A program made the translations under genes and the position numbers. The notes under the pieces were generated by a model. That model was given only the letters and a program-made list of their open reading frames with translations, was not told the DNA's origin and did not search any database. A DNA stretch of 64,000 nt, taken from NCBI GenBank assembly GCA_963837555.1, contig CAWINU010000009.1, forward strand, positions 12,277 through 76,276, written 5' to 3'. Each line of letters starts with the position of its first letter. Position 1 is the stretch's first letter. Shown piece by piece: positions 51,107 through 62,139 of this stretch. The stretch is from an uncultured Alphaproteobacteria bacterium (GTDB taxonomy: Bacteria > Pseudomonadota > Alphaproteobacteria > Micropepsales > Micropepsaceae).

Positions 51107-51685
51107 ATGAAACCCAACCGCCTCGAAGCCTTCAGTGACGGCGTCCTTGCCATCATTATCACCATCATGGTGCTGGAACTGAAGGTCCCGCATGGCGAGG
51201 ACCTGTCCGACCTGCTGCCCCTGCTACCGGTCTTTCTCAGCTATGTGCTGAGCTTCATTTACATCGGTATCTATTGGAACAATCACCACCATATGCTGCA
51301 TGCCACCCGCCATGTCACCGGCGGCGTGTTGTGGGCTAATCTGCATCTGCTGTTCTGGCTGTCGCTGCTGCCCTTCGTCACCGGCTGGATGGGCGAAAAC
51401 CATTTCGGCGCGCTGCCGTCTGCATTGTATGGCGGCGTGCTGATCATGGCCTCCATCGCCTATTGGATTTTGGCCCGCGCCATTATTGCGGCCGACGGCG
51501 ACAACAGCCTTCTGGCGAAGGCCATCGGCCGGGACAGCAAGGGGCTGGCGTCCACCGCCATCTATGCCCTGGCCATCGCGTTGTCCTTCGTCAATCACTG
51601 GATTGCACAGGCACTCTATGCCGGGGTCGCGGTGATGTGGCTCATTCCCGACCGCCGCATCGAACGCGTGCTGCCGAAAAGCTAG
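51107..51685 (+). CDS. TMEM175-family potassium channel (DUF1211)
   Basis: RLEAFSDGVLAIIITIMVLEL, YWNNHHH, LIPDRRIE. Confidence 0.94.
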   Translation: MKPNRLEAFSDGVLAIIITIMVLELKVPHGEDLSDLLPLLPVFLSYVLSFIYIGIYWNNHHHMLHATRHVTGGVLWANLHLLFWLSLLPFVTGWMGENHFGALPSALYGGVLIMASIAYWILARAIIAADGDNSLLAKAIGRDSKGLASTAIYALAIALSFVNHWIAQALYAGVAVMWLIPDRRIERVLPKS

Positions 51686-51696
51686 GGCCCGCGCAA

Positions 51697-52531
51697 TCAG
51701 GAAATTTCGTTGGGAATGGCCAGTGGCGCGCCGCAGGCCTTGCAATGCACCGCGTCGAAATCATGGTGCACGAGTCCGCAGGTCGGGCACGGAAACCGCA
51801 CCTTTGGCGGCTGAAACAGGGCCTGCGCCAGACGCACGAACAAGGTGATCCCGACAATCATGGTGACGATGGAAATCACCTTGCCCCAGGCCCCCGGCAG
51901 CACAATGTCGCCGAACCCGGTGGTGGTCAGCGTCGCCACGGTAAAATACAGCGCGTCCAGATAATTGCTGATGTCGGGATGGGCGCCGGAAAAACTGGTA
52001 TAGACAAAGCCGGTAATGATGAACACGAAGGTGAACAGCGTTGCCAGCGCACGGACCGAATCCTCCAGCCGCTGATTGCGATAGCGCTGCCCCACCGTGC
52101 GCCAGAAAAATTCGCTGTGCACCAGCGTCGACAGCCGCAGCACCCGCAGAAAGGCCAGATTGAGCAGCCATTGCGGCGCCAGCAAGCGTCAGCAGCACAA
52201 AGCAAATCCACCCAGACAATCGGGCGCTTCACCCAGCTTGCAAAATTGGTCCAGGCCAGCGCCCGCGCGCCCAGGTCCAGCGCCAGCAATCCGGCTACTG
52301 TATAATCGAGAACGAGAAACGACCGGGTCTGGCGCAGCATCGGCGCGGCGATGAAAAATGCGATAATCGCCAGATCGACCGCAATCACGGCAAAGCGGAA
52401 TCGCACCGCCTTGCGCGACTCGCCGTGATACAGCCAGCGCAGTCGTGGCCCGTAGCCGCGCGAACGGCATGGCCGTCCTTGGGCGCGGGCATTTCGCTAT
52501 CGGGCGGCGAACTGGTCGGCGGAAGTGTCAC
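51697..52531 (-). CDS. potassium channel family protein (Ion_trans), frameshifted
   Basis: DALYFTVATLTTTGFGDI selectivity filter, C-terminal CPTCG...HCKACG. The N-terminal part is in other frames (indels near 52190 and 52450); start approximate. Confidence 0.85.
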
Positions 52532-52700
52532 GCGTCATGCTCCATGGCCGGACCCGTTGCCCGTCCGGTGTTCACCCCTCATAGAGGAATATCCTCAAGC
52601 GGAGAATAGTGCCTGATACACCGCCAACCGCCGACAGTGTCATGCCCGCATCAAAAATGCATGATACGCTTCATCGCCTGAAGGATAACGGGATGCCGGC

Positions 52701-53882
52701 ATGAAAGATCGAATTCTCGGATTGCCGCGCAACGTCTTCCTTCTGGGACTCACCAGCCTGTTCAACGATTTCTCGTCGGAGATGGTGTACGCCGTTTTTC
52801 CGGCCTTCTTCACCGCCGTGCTGGGCGCCGGCGCGGCCTCGCTCGGGCTGGTCGATGGCATCGCCGAAGCTGCATCCAATCTGTTCAAGATCTATTCGGG
52901 AAATCTCTCCGACCGCTTTCAGGTGCGCAAGCCGTTGGTGGTGGCGGGCTATGCGCTCTCGGTCCTGACGCGGCCGTTTTATGCGCTGGTTCTGGCCGTG
53001 CCGGGCGCGCTCGGGCTGCGCTTTCTCGACCGCGTCGGCAAGGGCGTGCGGGATTCGGCGCGCGACGCCATCATTTCGCTGTCGGCGCCGAAAAACGAAC
53101 TGGGCCGCTCTTTCGGGTATCATCGCGCCATGGATACCGTCGGCGCCATTCTGGGGCCGCTTGTCGCCTATCTCATACTGCGCAGTTTTCCATCCCGCTT
53201 CGATTATGTTTTTTTCACCGCCTTCCTGGTCGGCACCCTGGCGGTGGCGTCGCTGTATTTCGTCGTCGATGTCGTGGTGCGATCCGGTGCCGGGCGGGCG
53301 CCGCTGTTTGCCGCCTTCGCGCGCCTGTCCGCCGGATTCAAAGTCTATCTCTTCGCCATCTTCATATTGTCTATGGGCGCGCTGCCGGTGGCCGTGATGC
53401 TGCTCAAAACCCAATCCATCGGTCTGGTGATCGCCGATGTCCCGCTTTTTTACATGGTCTACAACCTGTCTTATGCGGGATTTTCCATGGCGGCTGGCAA
53501 GCTCAGCGACCGCATCGGCGCCCGCACCGTTATTCTGGCCGGTTACGTGGTGCTGCTCGTCAGCTACGCCCTGCTCGCCACCGCCCAAACTGTCTGGCCG
53601 CTGGTCTTTGGATTTCTTGTCCTCGGGCTCTATCCCGCGCTCACCGACGGCGTCCAGCGCGCCTATGCCGCGCAACTGACATCCGAAGATATGCGCGGCG
53701 GCGGCCTGGGCTGGCTCAGCGCCGCCAACGGTTTCGGCGCGCTGATTGCGGGCATTGGCGGCGGCTATCTCTGGCAAGCCTATGGTCCGGCGGTTGCCTT
53801 TCTTGCTGCTGCTGGCGTCATTGTCGCCGGGCTGGCGTTTTTTCTGGCTGCCGCGCAAATCGGCAAGGCGCGCCGCGTCTGA
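52701..53882 (+). CDS. MFS transporter
   Basis: SLFNDFSSEM, DRVGKGVR, FGYHRAMDTVGA, GKLSDRIG; about 12 TM segments. Confidence 0.92.
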   Translation: MKDRILGLPRNVFLLGLTSLFNDFSSEMVYAVFPAFFTAVLGAGAASLGLVDGIAEAASNLFKIYSGNLSDRFQVRKPLVVAGYALSVLTRPFYALVLAVPGALGLRFLDRVGKGVRDSARDAIISLSAPKNELGRSFGYHRAMDTVGAILGPLVAYLILRSFPSRFDYVFFTAFLVGTLAVASLYFVVDVVVRSGAGRAPLFAAFARLSAGFKVYLFAIFILSMGALPVAVMLLKTQSIGLVIADVPLFYMVYNLSYAGFSMAAGKLSDRIGARTVILAGYVVLLVSYALLATAQTVWPLVFGFLVLGLYPALTDGVQRAYAAQLTSEDMRGGGLGWLSAANGFGALIAGIGGGYLWQAYGPAVAFLAAAGVIVAGLAFFLAAAQIGKARRV

Positions 53883-53896
53883 ACGCGCAGCAGACC

Positions 53897-55000
53897 TCAG
53901 CTCCGGAACAGATTGGGAAATCCGCGCGGCTGCGAGCGCAGATACTGGTTGGGCGCGCGCACTTGCGCCCCGAAATGCGCGGCGGCGTGCCAGGGCCAGC
54001 GCGGATCGTACAGCGCGGCGCGCGCAATCGCGATCAGATCGGCATCGCCGGTTCCGAAAATGGCCTCGGCCTGTTCGAATTCGGTAATCAGCCCCACCGC
54101 CACCACCGGCATCCGCGTCGCCGCTTTCACCGCGCGCGCCAGCGGTACCTGATAATTCGGCCCGATAGGGATCGCCTGTCCGGGATGCAAGCCGCCGCTT
54201 GAAACATGAATGGTGCTGCATCCATGCGCCTCAAGTGCTTGTGCGAATTGCGCCGTCTGCTCGATATCCCAGCCGCCCGGCACCCAGTCGGTGCCCGAAA
54301 CCCGCACCGACACCGGCCGCTCGGCGGGAAATGCATCGCGCACCGCATCGAACACCTCCAGCGGAAAACGCATCCGGTTTTCCAGACTGCCGCCATAAAT
54401 GTCTTCGCGCCGGTTCGATAGCGGTGACAGGAATTGATGCAGCAGATAGCCATGGGCGCAATGAATCTGGATGGCATCGAGCCCGATAGCGGCCGCCCGG
54501 CGCGCTGCCGCAGCAAAGGCCGCGCGCACGCGCGCCAGGCCCGCGCAGTCGAGCGCCACCGGCGCGGCTTCATCCGGCTTGAACGGCACCGCCGACGGCG
54601 CCACCGTCTGCCAGCCATTCTCCATGCCCGGTGCGATCTGCGCGCCGCCCTTCCACGGCAGATCGGTGGAGGCTTTGCGCCCGGCATGGGCCAGTTGAAG
54701 CGCAATCGGGATGTTCGACCAGCGCCGCACCGACTCCAGCGTGCGCGCCATGGCGCTTTGCGTGGCGTCGTTCCACAGCCCGACATCGGCATAGCTGATG
54801 CGCCCCTCGGGCTCCACCGCGGTCGCCTCGATGGTCAGCAACCCCGCACCGGACAGGGCCAGATGGCCGAGATGGATCACATGCCAGTCGGTCATGCAGC
54901 CATCGACCGCCGAATATTGGCACATCGGCGCGATGACGATGCGGTTGCTGAGTTCGACCGAACCGACCCGCAGCGGTTCGAACAGTTTGGGACCGGGCAT
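53897..55000 (-). CDS. NADH:flavin oxidoreductase (old yellow enzyme family)
   Basis: NRIVIAPMCQYS, QLAHAGRKAS, HCAHGYLLHQFLSPLSNRR, ARAALYDPRW. Confidence 0.94.
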   Translation of the reverse strand: MPGPKLFEPLRVGSVELSNRIVIAPMCQYSAVDGCMTDWHVIHLGHLALSGAGLLTIEATAVEPEGRISYADVGLWNDATQSAMARTLESVRRWSNIPIALQLAHAGRKASTDLPWKGGAQIAPGMENGWQTVAPSAVPFKPDEAAPVALDCAGLARVRAAFAAAARRAAAIGLDAIQIHCAHGYLLHQFLSPLSNRREDIYGGSLENRMRFPLEVFDAVRDAFPAERPVSVRVSGTDWVPGGWDIEQTAQFAQALEAHGCSTIHVSSGGLHPGQAIPIGPNYQVPLARAVKAATRMPVVAVGLITEFEQAEAIFGTGDADLIAIARAALYDPRWPWHAAAHFGAQVRAPNQYLRSQPRGFPNLFRS

Positions 55001-55149
55001 GCGATTTTCCTCAAAATTCAACAACATCAGTCTAAACAAATGCGAATTTTAGCCGTATGCACCACCAACAGCACTAGAATAACTTTGTCTATTGTATGCC
55101 CTAAGTTAAGTTTGAAGGACACACGAAATCATCTTGAAACGAGTACTCC

Positions 55150-56094
55150 ATGCCTAGCGATTGGAAAGCATACGAGACAGAAATAGTTGAGTTATTCAAG
55201 CAAGAATATCCCGAAGCACACATAGTGCCCAACCAGATGCGCGAGGGACGCTTTTCAAAAACTATGCGCCAAATTGATATCTGGATTGAAGGCCAAATCG
55301 CAGGGAATTGCTTTTCAGTAGTTGTGGACGCAAAGTTTTATAATCGTAAGGTCGACGTAAAATGCGTCGACTCATTTATCTCAATGGTCCACGACATCGG
55401 CGCACATAAGGGCCTAATCATAACCCAAAAAGGTTACAGTGACGCCGCAATAGCTCGTGCATTCAATGACCCGCACGACATTGAGTTGGATATACTGAGC
55501 TTCGAAGAGCTTCGGGAATTCCAAGGCCTTTGCGCCATTCCCTATGCTGGCGAGATCGCCGCAGTAATTCGATCTCCATTTGGTTGGGTGATAGACGCTA
55601 CACAATATGAAAGACCGTCGGGACGCGCCCACATTTATCAGCGAGGCAGCAATATTCACGATGCCTTTGCCCGCGGGGAAATTATGTATGTTCAGTTCTG
55701 GGATCGAAAGAAGGACGGGCTTGACTTAGAAGCATTAACGGCACTCCAAGAAAAGAGGATGAAATCCAGCTTCCCGGACATCACTATTGAATACCTACCG
55801 ACAATAAACAGAAACGATGGTCAAACTCGGCTGCGTCAAGCAATAATACCAAAATATGCAGATATTCGCGAATACACAGGCTTTATCCAATTTGAAGAGT
55901 TCATATTTTTTGTTGTTTTGTTGACCCCTCACAATTTGGCAAAGAGAAATGTTCGCAAACTTGAAAGTGTAATGCTAAGCGCTCTCCCTATGCACGTGAA
56001 AAACAAAGCCACCCCCAAGTCGGATGCAGACCAGAAAAACACAAATAGCGTGCAAATTATTTCCGAAAAAGAGTATGGCTGGCGCGACGGATAA
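55150..56094 (+). CDS. Mrr-like restriction endonuclease domain fused to an unknown C-terminal domain
   Basis: WKAYE...RQIDIWI...VVVDAK...VDV...GLIITQKGYSDAA, a PD-(D/E)xK Mrr_cat pattern; AT-rich. Confidence 0.8.
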   Translation: MPSDWKAYETEIVELFKQEYPEAHIVPNQMREGRFSKTMRQIDIWIEGQIAGNCFSVVVDAKFYNRKVDVKCVDSFISMVHDIGAHKGLIITQKGYSDAAIARAFNDPHDIELDILSFEELREFQGLCAIPYAGEIAAVIRSPFGWVIDATQYERPSGRAHIYQRGSNIHDAFARGEIMYVQFWDRKKDGLDLEALTALQEKRMKSSFPDITIEYLPTINRNDGQTRLRQAIIPKYADIREYTGFIQFEEFIFFVVLLTPHNLAKRNVRKLESVMLSALPMHVKNKATPKSDADQKNTNSVQIISEKEYGWRDG

Positions 56095-56346
56095 CCGGTA
56101 GCACTGACACTGTATTGCAGCCTTAAAATGCCGACAACATTAGCGCCGAATTTGAAACCCACTAAAATCGAGACAAAGACAGATTTATTTTACGCCACGC
56201 ATTAGCGGTCTCGAACTTATTCAATTCAATTCTGTGAGTGACCAAGAAAGGGGTAAGACGGCGACTTCCTTTCGACTGGTACGATTAGAAAATTCGCTTC
56301 GGAAAATTCCGGTAGCAATTTGGTTAATGTCAGAATAGATAACGCC

Positions 56347-57601
56347 ATGACCTCGCCCCCCTGGTACACACGCGGCTTTCCGCATGTCTGGCTGCCCTAC
56401 ACCCAGATGAAAACCTCCGTGCCGCCGCCTGCTGTGGCGCGACCGAAGGAACCCGCATCATCCTCGCCGATGGCCGGAACTGATTGACGGCATCGCCAGC
56501 TGGTGGACGGCCTGTCACGGCTATAACCATCCCCACATTCGCGCTGCTGTCGAAAAACAGCTCGCCGTCATGCCCCATGTCATGCTCGGCGGGCTGGTGC
56601 ATGAACAGGTGCTCACGTTATCCGCACGCCTTGCCGCTTTGCTGCCGGGCGATCTGACCCGCGTCTTCTTTTCCGATTCCGGTTCGGTCGCCGTCGAGGT
56701 CGCCATGAAAATGGCGGCGCAATACTGGCTGAACAAAAATGTGAAGGGCCGCACCAAATTCCTCGCCTTCAGGGGCGGCTATCACGGCGATACCTTCGCG
56801 ACCATGGCGGTGTGCGATCCCGAAGAAGGCATGCATGCCCATTTCGCCGGGTTGTTGCCGCAGGAATATGTCATTGATCTGCCGCGCGATGACCAGACCA
56901 CCGCCGCATTCGACGCCTTTCTGGAACAGCACGCCCATGAACTGGCTGGTATTCTGGTCGAGCCCTTGATTCAGGGCGCGGGCGGCATGGTCTTCCACAG
57001 CGAGATGGTGCTGCGCCGGCTGCGCGCGTCCGCCGACAAACATGGCCTGCTGCTGATCTGCGATGAAATCTTCACCGGTTTTGGCCGTACCGGCGCGATG
57101 TTCGCCATTGAGGCCGCCGATATCGTGCCCGACATTATAACGCTCGGCAAAGGCCTGACCGGCGGCACCCTGCCGCTCGCCGCCACTGTGGCGTCATCCA
57201 AAATCTTCGACGCGTTTTTGTCCGATGATTTTTCGCATGCGCTGATGCATGGCCCCACTTACATGGGCAACGCGCTGGCCTGTGCCGCGGCCAACGCCTC
57301 GCTCGATTTGTTCGAAACCGAAAACCGCCTGCTTGCCGCCAATGAAATCGGCAAACAGATGACCCACGGCCTTGGCCCCTGCCTCAAGCTTGCGGGCGTA
57401 AAAGATGTCCGCGTACGCGGCGCCATCGGCGTGGTCGAACTGGAAAAGATCAATGATCTGGCCGCGCTCAAAAAAGCCCTGCTGGACGAAGGCGTCTGGG
57501 TCCGGCCCTTCCGCAACATTGTCTATCTGACGCCTGCCCTGACCATCGATGAAACCGATCTGGCAAAGCTGTGCGGGGCGATCCGCAATGTGTTGCGCTG
57601 A
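56347..57601 (+). CDS. bioA: adenosylmethionine-8-amino-7-oxononanoate transaminase, frameshifts near the 5' end
   Basis: HVWLPYTQM, IDGIASWWTACHGY, SDSGSVAVEVAMKMA, YHGDT, QGAGGM, DEIFTGFGRTG, GKGLTGG, HGPTYMGN. Confidence 0.93.
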
Positions 57602-57630
57602 TCGCCTTTTGCGGCCCGGCGCGTCGCGAT

Positions 57631-58693
57631 TTAGAGAAAGCCCGCAGGTCCCAGGGCCGAGCGCAGCGTCAGCAGATCCTTTCTCATATTTCCCAGCACC
57701 TCGGCGCGCGGCAGCGTCAGGGTGGTTTGCGCATTATTGGCGCCGCCATTGGGATATTCCGACTGGATCTCCACCGGGCCGTTGAAATTGATCTCTTTGA
57801 GAATCTGCGTCAGCAGCCGAAAATTCAACAAGCCCTGGCCCAGCGGCACCGAGACGTTGCGCCAGGGAAGCGGCGCGGGGCCGGAACCGGTCCCCACGAT
57901 CTGCTGACCGCCGCGGCCCGTTGGGCGGTGTGCCGGATGCGCCCGCCGCCACAGGCGCCGGTGCGGGAGGAACCAGTTCGATGCGCGAATCCTTGACCGC
58001 GAGACCGCCGATATACGGGCCCGCCGCGCGCAGGCCGAGCGTCCAGGTATTGACGCCGCCCGCTTCGACGGAATGGCCGGTGTCATAGTGAAAGCTGACC
58101 CAGCGCGGATCGTTTTCGCGCAGCACTTCCAGCAAATCGAATATGGCCGAGCCCACCGTCGCCGCCGTGGAATAGGTATGATACATCGCCTTCATGCCGT
58201 ATTTTTCATTAAGCCGCGCCAGTTTGGCGACACGCGGCTTCAGCGCCTCGATCTGCGGATTGAGCGGCATGTTCTGCTCATAGCGGAACGAACCCCACCA
58301 ATAGTGATGAATGCCGAGTTTGGACGCCGTATCCAGAATCAATTCCGCGAAAGGCGAATCCGCATCGACAATCGGACAGGTGATCATCCGCACGCTCAGG
58401 CCGGCCTGGCGCATGGCGTTGACGAAGGGCGGCAGGTCGGTCGCAACTTTTTCCGGTTCGACATGGCCCATGGCGCCGGGACGCACCGCGATATCGACTC
58501 CGTCATAGCCCATTTCGTTGATGGCATCGGCCACGTCGCCGGCGGTGTGCAGCCAGAGCAGATGCCGCGTGTAACAATCGATCCGCAACCTGTCGAAAAC
58601 CGGCGGCGCGACGCCTTGCGCCAGTGCGGATTTCGACAGCGCACTCGCGGCGATTGTCGCGGCGCCCAATTGTAAAAGTTCTCGCCTATCCAT
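57631..58693 (-). CDS. Tat-exported sugar-phosphate isomerase/epimerase (xylose-isomerase-like TIM barrel), frameshifted near 57900
   Basis: MDRRELL Tat motif, GYDGVDIAVRPG, YHT, YDTGH, AVKD; C-terminus VPLGQG...EIQSEY in another frame. Confidence 0.8.
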
Positions 58694-58976
58694 GATGTCC
58701 TCTCCATGCGTTATGAAGAGGTGCCCCGATGCACAGAGTCGGAAAAAAAGCCTGGAGCGCCCCTACTGCCGGATTTGTCCGGCTTTGCATCAGCCTCCTC
58801 CCGGCGCCTGAGCCTGTCAACACGGGCGGCGCGCGTGTCCCTTCTTTTTGTGGTCAGGACCGCCAACCCCGCGCATAACCGGCCATGCGAGGCTCGGCAC
58901 ATCCAAATGAAATTCAGGCTGGCGTTCCGCCGCGCGTTACTCTGTGTCCGCGTGCCGTCGCCTGTCATGGCATGGA

Positions 58977-61433
58977 CTATTCATAACGCAGCGCATGGAT
59001 TGGATTGGCGCGGGCCACGCGCAAAGCATGGGCATAGATGGTCACCCAGGCAATAATCAGCGCCACCAAACCCACGCCAACGAAATACAGCGGATTAAGC
59101 GATATCCGGTAGGCCGAGCCCTCAAGCCAATTGTGCAGATAATAATAGGCGATAGGCCAGGCGATCACATTGGCCAGGAGCACCGGTATCGAGAACTGCC
59201 AGAGCAGGAGAAACACAATATCCCGCGTCTTTGCGCCGAACACTTTGCGAATGCCGATCTCCTTGGTGCGGCGCTGCGCTGTAAAGGCGGCCAGCCCGAA
59301 CAGGCCCAGGCAGGCAATGAATATCGCAATCCCGACGAACAGACCGAAGATCGAACCCTGCCTTTCCGCCCCATGGAACTGCATGCTGTAATCGTCGCTG
59401 AGAAAGCGTTTGCGCATGGCGAGATCGGCGCAAAGGCGTGCCAGGTCTTTTCGATAAAGGCCATTGTTTCGGCAACATGGTCGCCGCGCATACCGACGGA
59501 AATATCGTCCGCATTGTCGGGGCAAAACAGATAAATGGTCGCCTTGATCGGTTCGCGCAGGCCATACCATTTCAGATCGGCCAAAACGCCGACCACCGTC
59601 ACCGGAGATTTGTTGACCACGAATGTTTTACCGATTGCAGTCTGCGGCGTAAAACCCAGTCGCTTCGCGGCAGTCTCATTCAGCAGAACGTTATAAGGCG
59701 CTCCCTTGTCAAAGCCGGCCGTCAGCGCGGCGTCCTGGGCATGCTGGCGGTCCAGCAGACGGCCCGACAGCAAACGCAAGCCATAAATTATGGGAAACTC
59801 CGGATCTATGCCCGTAACACGCATAGTCTCGTTTATACCCCGGCGCATGTACGACCCAATTGCTGCTATTGCCGTCCAGCGGCACGGACCAGGATGACGC
59901 AACCTGTATGATGTTTGGATTTGCCCTCAGCGCATTTGAAAAACTCTCGCGCGCGTCACTTGGCAGGCTGGCAGCCATAACGACGATATTGTCGCGCCTG
60001 AAACCCATGTCTATGTTCCGCGCGAACGACGTCTGGGCAAAAATCACCAGCGCGGCAATGCCAAGTCCGATGGAGACGGCAAATTGCACCACAACCAATG
60101 AGGTGCGCAGGATATTGGAACCACCCTGTTTGGTCTGGTTGGTGCGCAAGATTGCGGCGGGACGAAATTTCGAAAGCACCAATGCCGGATAAACACCGCT
60201 GAGAACGCCGGAGATGATAGCCACCCCAATCACACCCAATGTCAGCGGCCAGTCCCGCAGATAGTGGAACGTAATCGGTCTATCCAGGAATTCGGCATAA
60301 ACGGGCAGCAGCACTTCCGCCAGCGCCAGCGCCAGGACAAGTGCCAGCAAGGCCAGCAATACAGACTCGCCCATAAATTGAACGATCAATTGCTTGCGTT
60401 TGGCGCCCATCACTTTGCGCAAGGATACTTCCCGCGCCCGCATGGTCGCGCGCGCCGTTGCCAGATTGGTGAAATTGAAGCAGGCAACCAGTTGAATCAG
60501 AATACCGATGATCGCGAAACCGTAAACCGTGGTCCAGCTTCCCGCGGTGGTCATGCCGCCGAACTGCTCGGTGGAAAGATGCACATCCTGAAAAGGGGTG
60601 AGCCTGATCTGCAATATTTGGCTTCCGCGCAGATCCATATCGGCTAGCTTCTTGATATCCACGGAACGATCGATGAGCGCGAGGGTTTTGGTAACAACGG
60701 CCGCTGGGTCGGCACCCGGCGCCAGCCTCACAAAACCAAACCCGTGATTGTCCAACCAGGCCTCTTTTTCTTTTTGCGGCAGCTGATCGGCGCTCGATGT
60801 AACGGGAAAGAAAATATCGCCCCTGATCTGGGTATTGTGCGGCAGGTCGCGCAGGACACCGGTCACCGTCATCAGATGTTTTTCGGCGTGACACAGGCTG
60901 CGTGTTTCATCGCAAGTCTGGCTGACGACAGTAAGGTTCTTGCCCATCGGATTGTTATCGCCGAAATATTTTCGCGCCATGGTCTGGGACAGCACCACGC
61001 TATCGGGTTGGGAAAAAACCTGGGCTGCATTCCCGCTTACCAGCGGCAATTTCAAAAGCTGGAAAAATCCCGGATCGACGACATCCGCGCGTTCCGAAAA
61101 AGTGCGGTCTTCGATGATGACGGTTACCCCTTCGGTTGTCAGATGCGTCTGGCCCTGGACCTCGGGAAAATGCTCCTGCATCGCGGGCGGAATGGGGAAC
61201 GGAACCCCGCCTACATGCATTGGCGCCTGGCCTGGCAGCGTAAATACCGCTTCCACACGATAGAGATTGCCGCTATCGGGAATCCATTTATCGTAAGACG
61301 TCTCGTCTTTCAGGAAGAGAATGATGAACAGCGCGCAGACCAGGCCCACGGTCAGGCCCGCGACATTGATGAAACTGTACAGCCGGTGCCGGACGAAATT
61401 GCGCAGCGCTACGACAAGATAATTTTGAAACAT
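58977..61433 (-). CDS. MacB-like duplicated ABC permease, frameshifts near 59420 and 59830
   Basis: MFQNYLVVALRN, ACFNFTNLATARATMRAREVSLRKVMGA, IACLGLFGLAAFTAQRRTKEIGIRKVFGA, NPIHALRYE. Confidence 0.9.
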
Positions 61434-61441
61434 GGCTGTCC

Positions 61442-62128
<687 letters not shown>

Positions 62129-62139
62129 TTATCCCTCAA

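Noticed and set aside
48140-56346. Integron cassette array
   Set aside because: Genes are in mixed orientations, with no repeated attC-like sites and no integron integrase.
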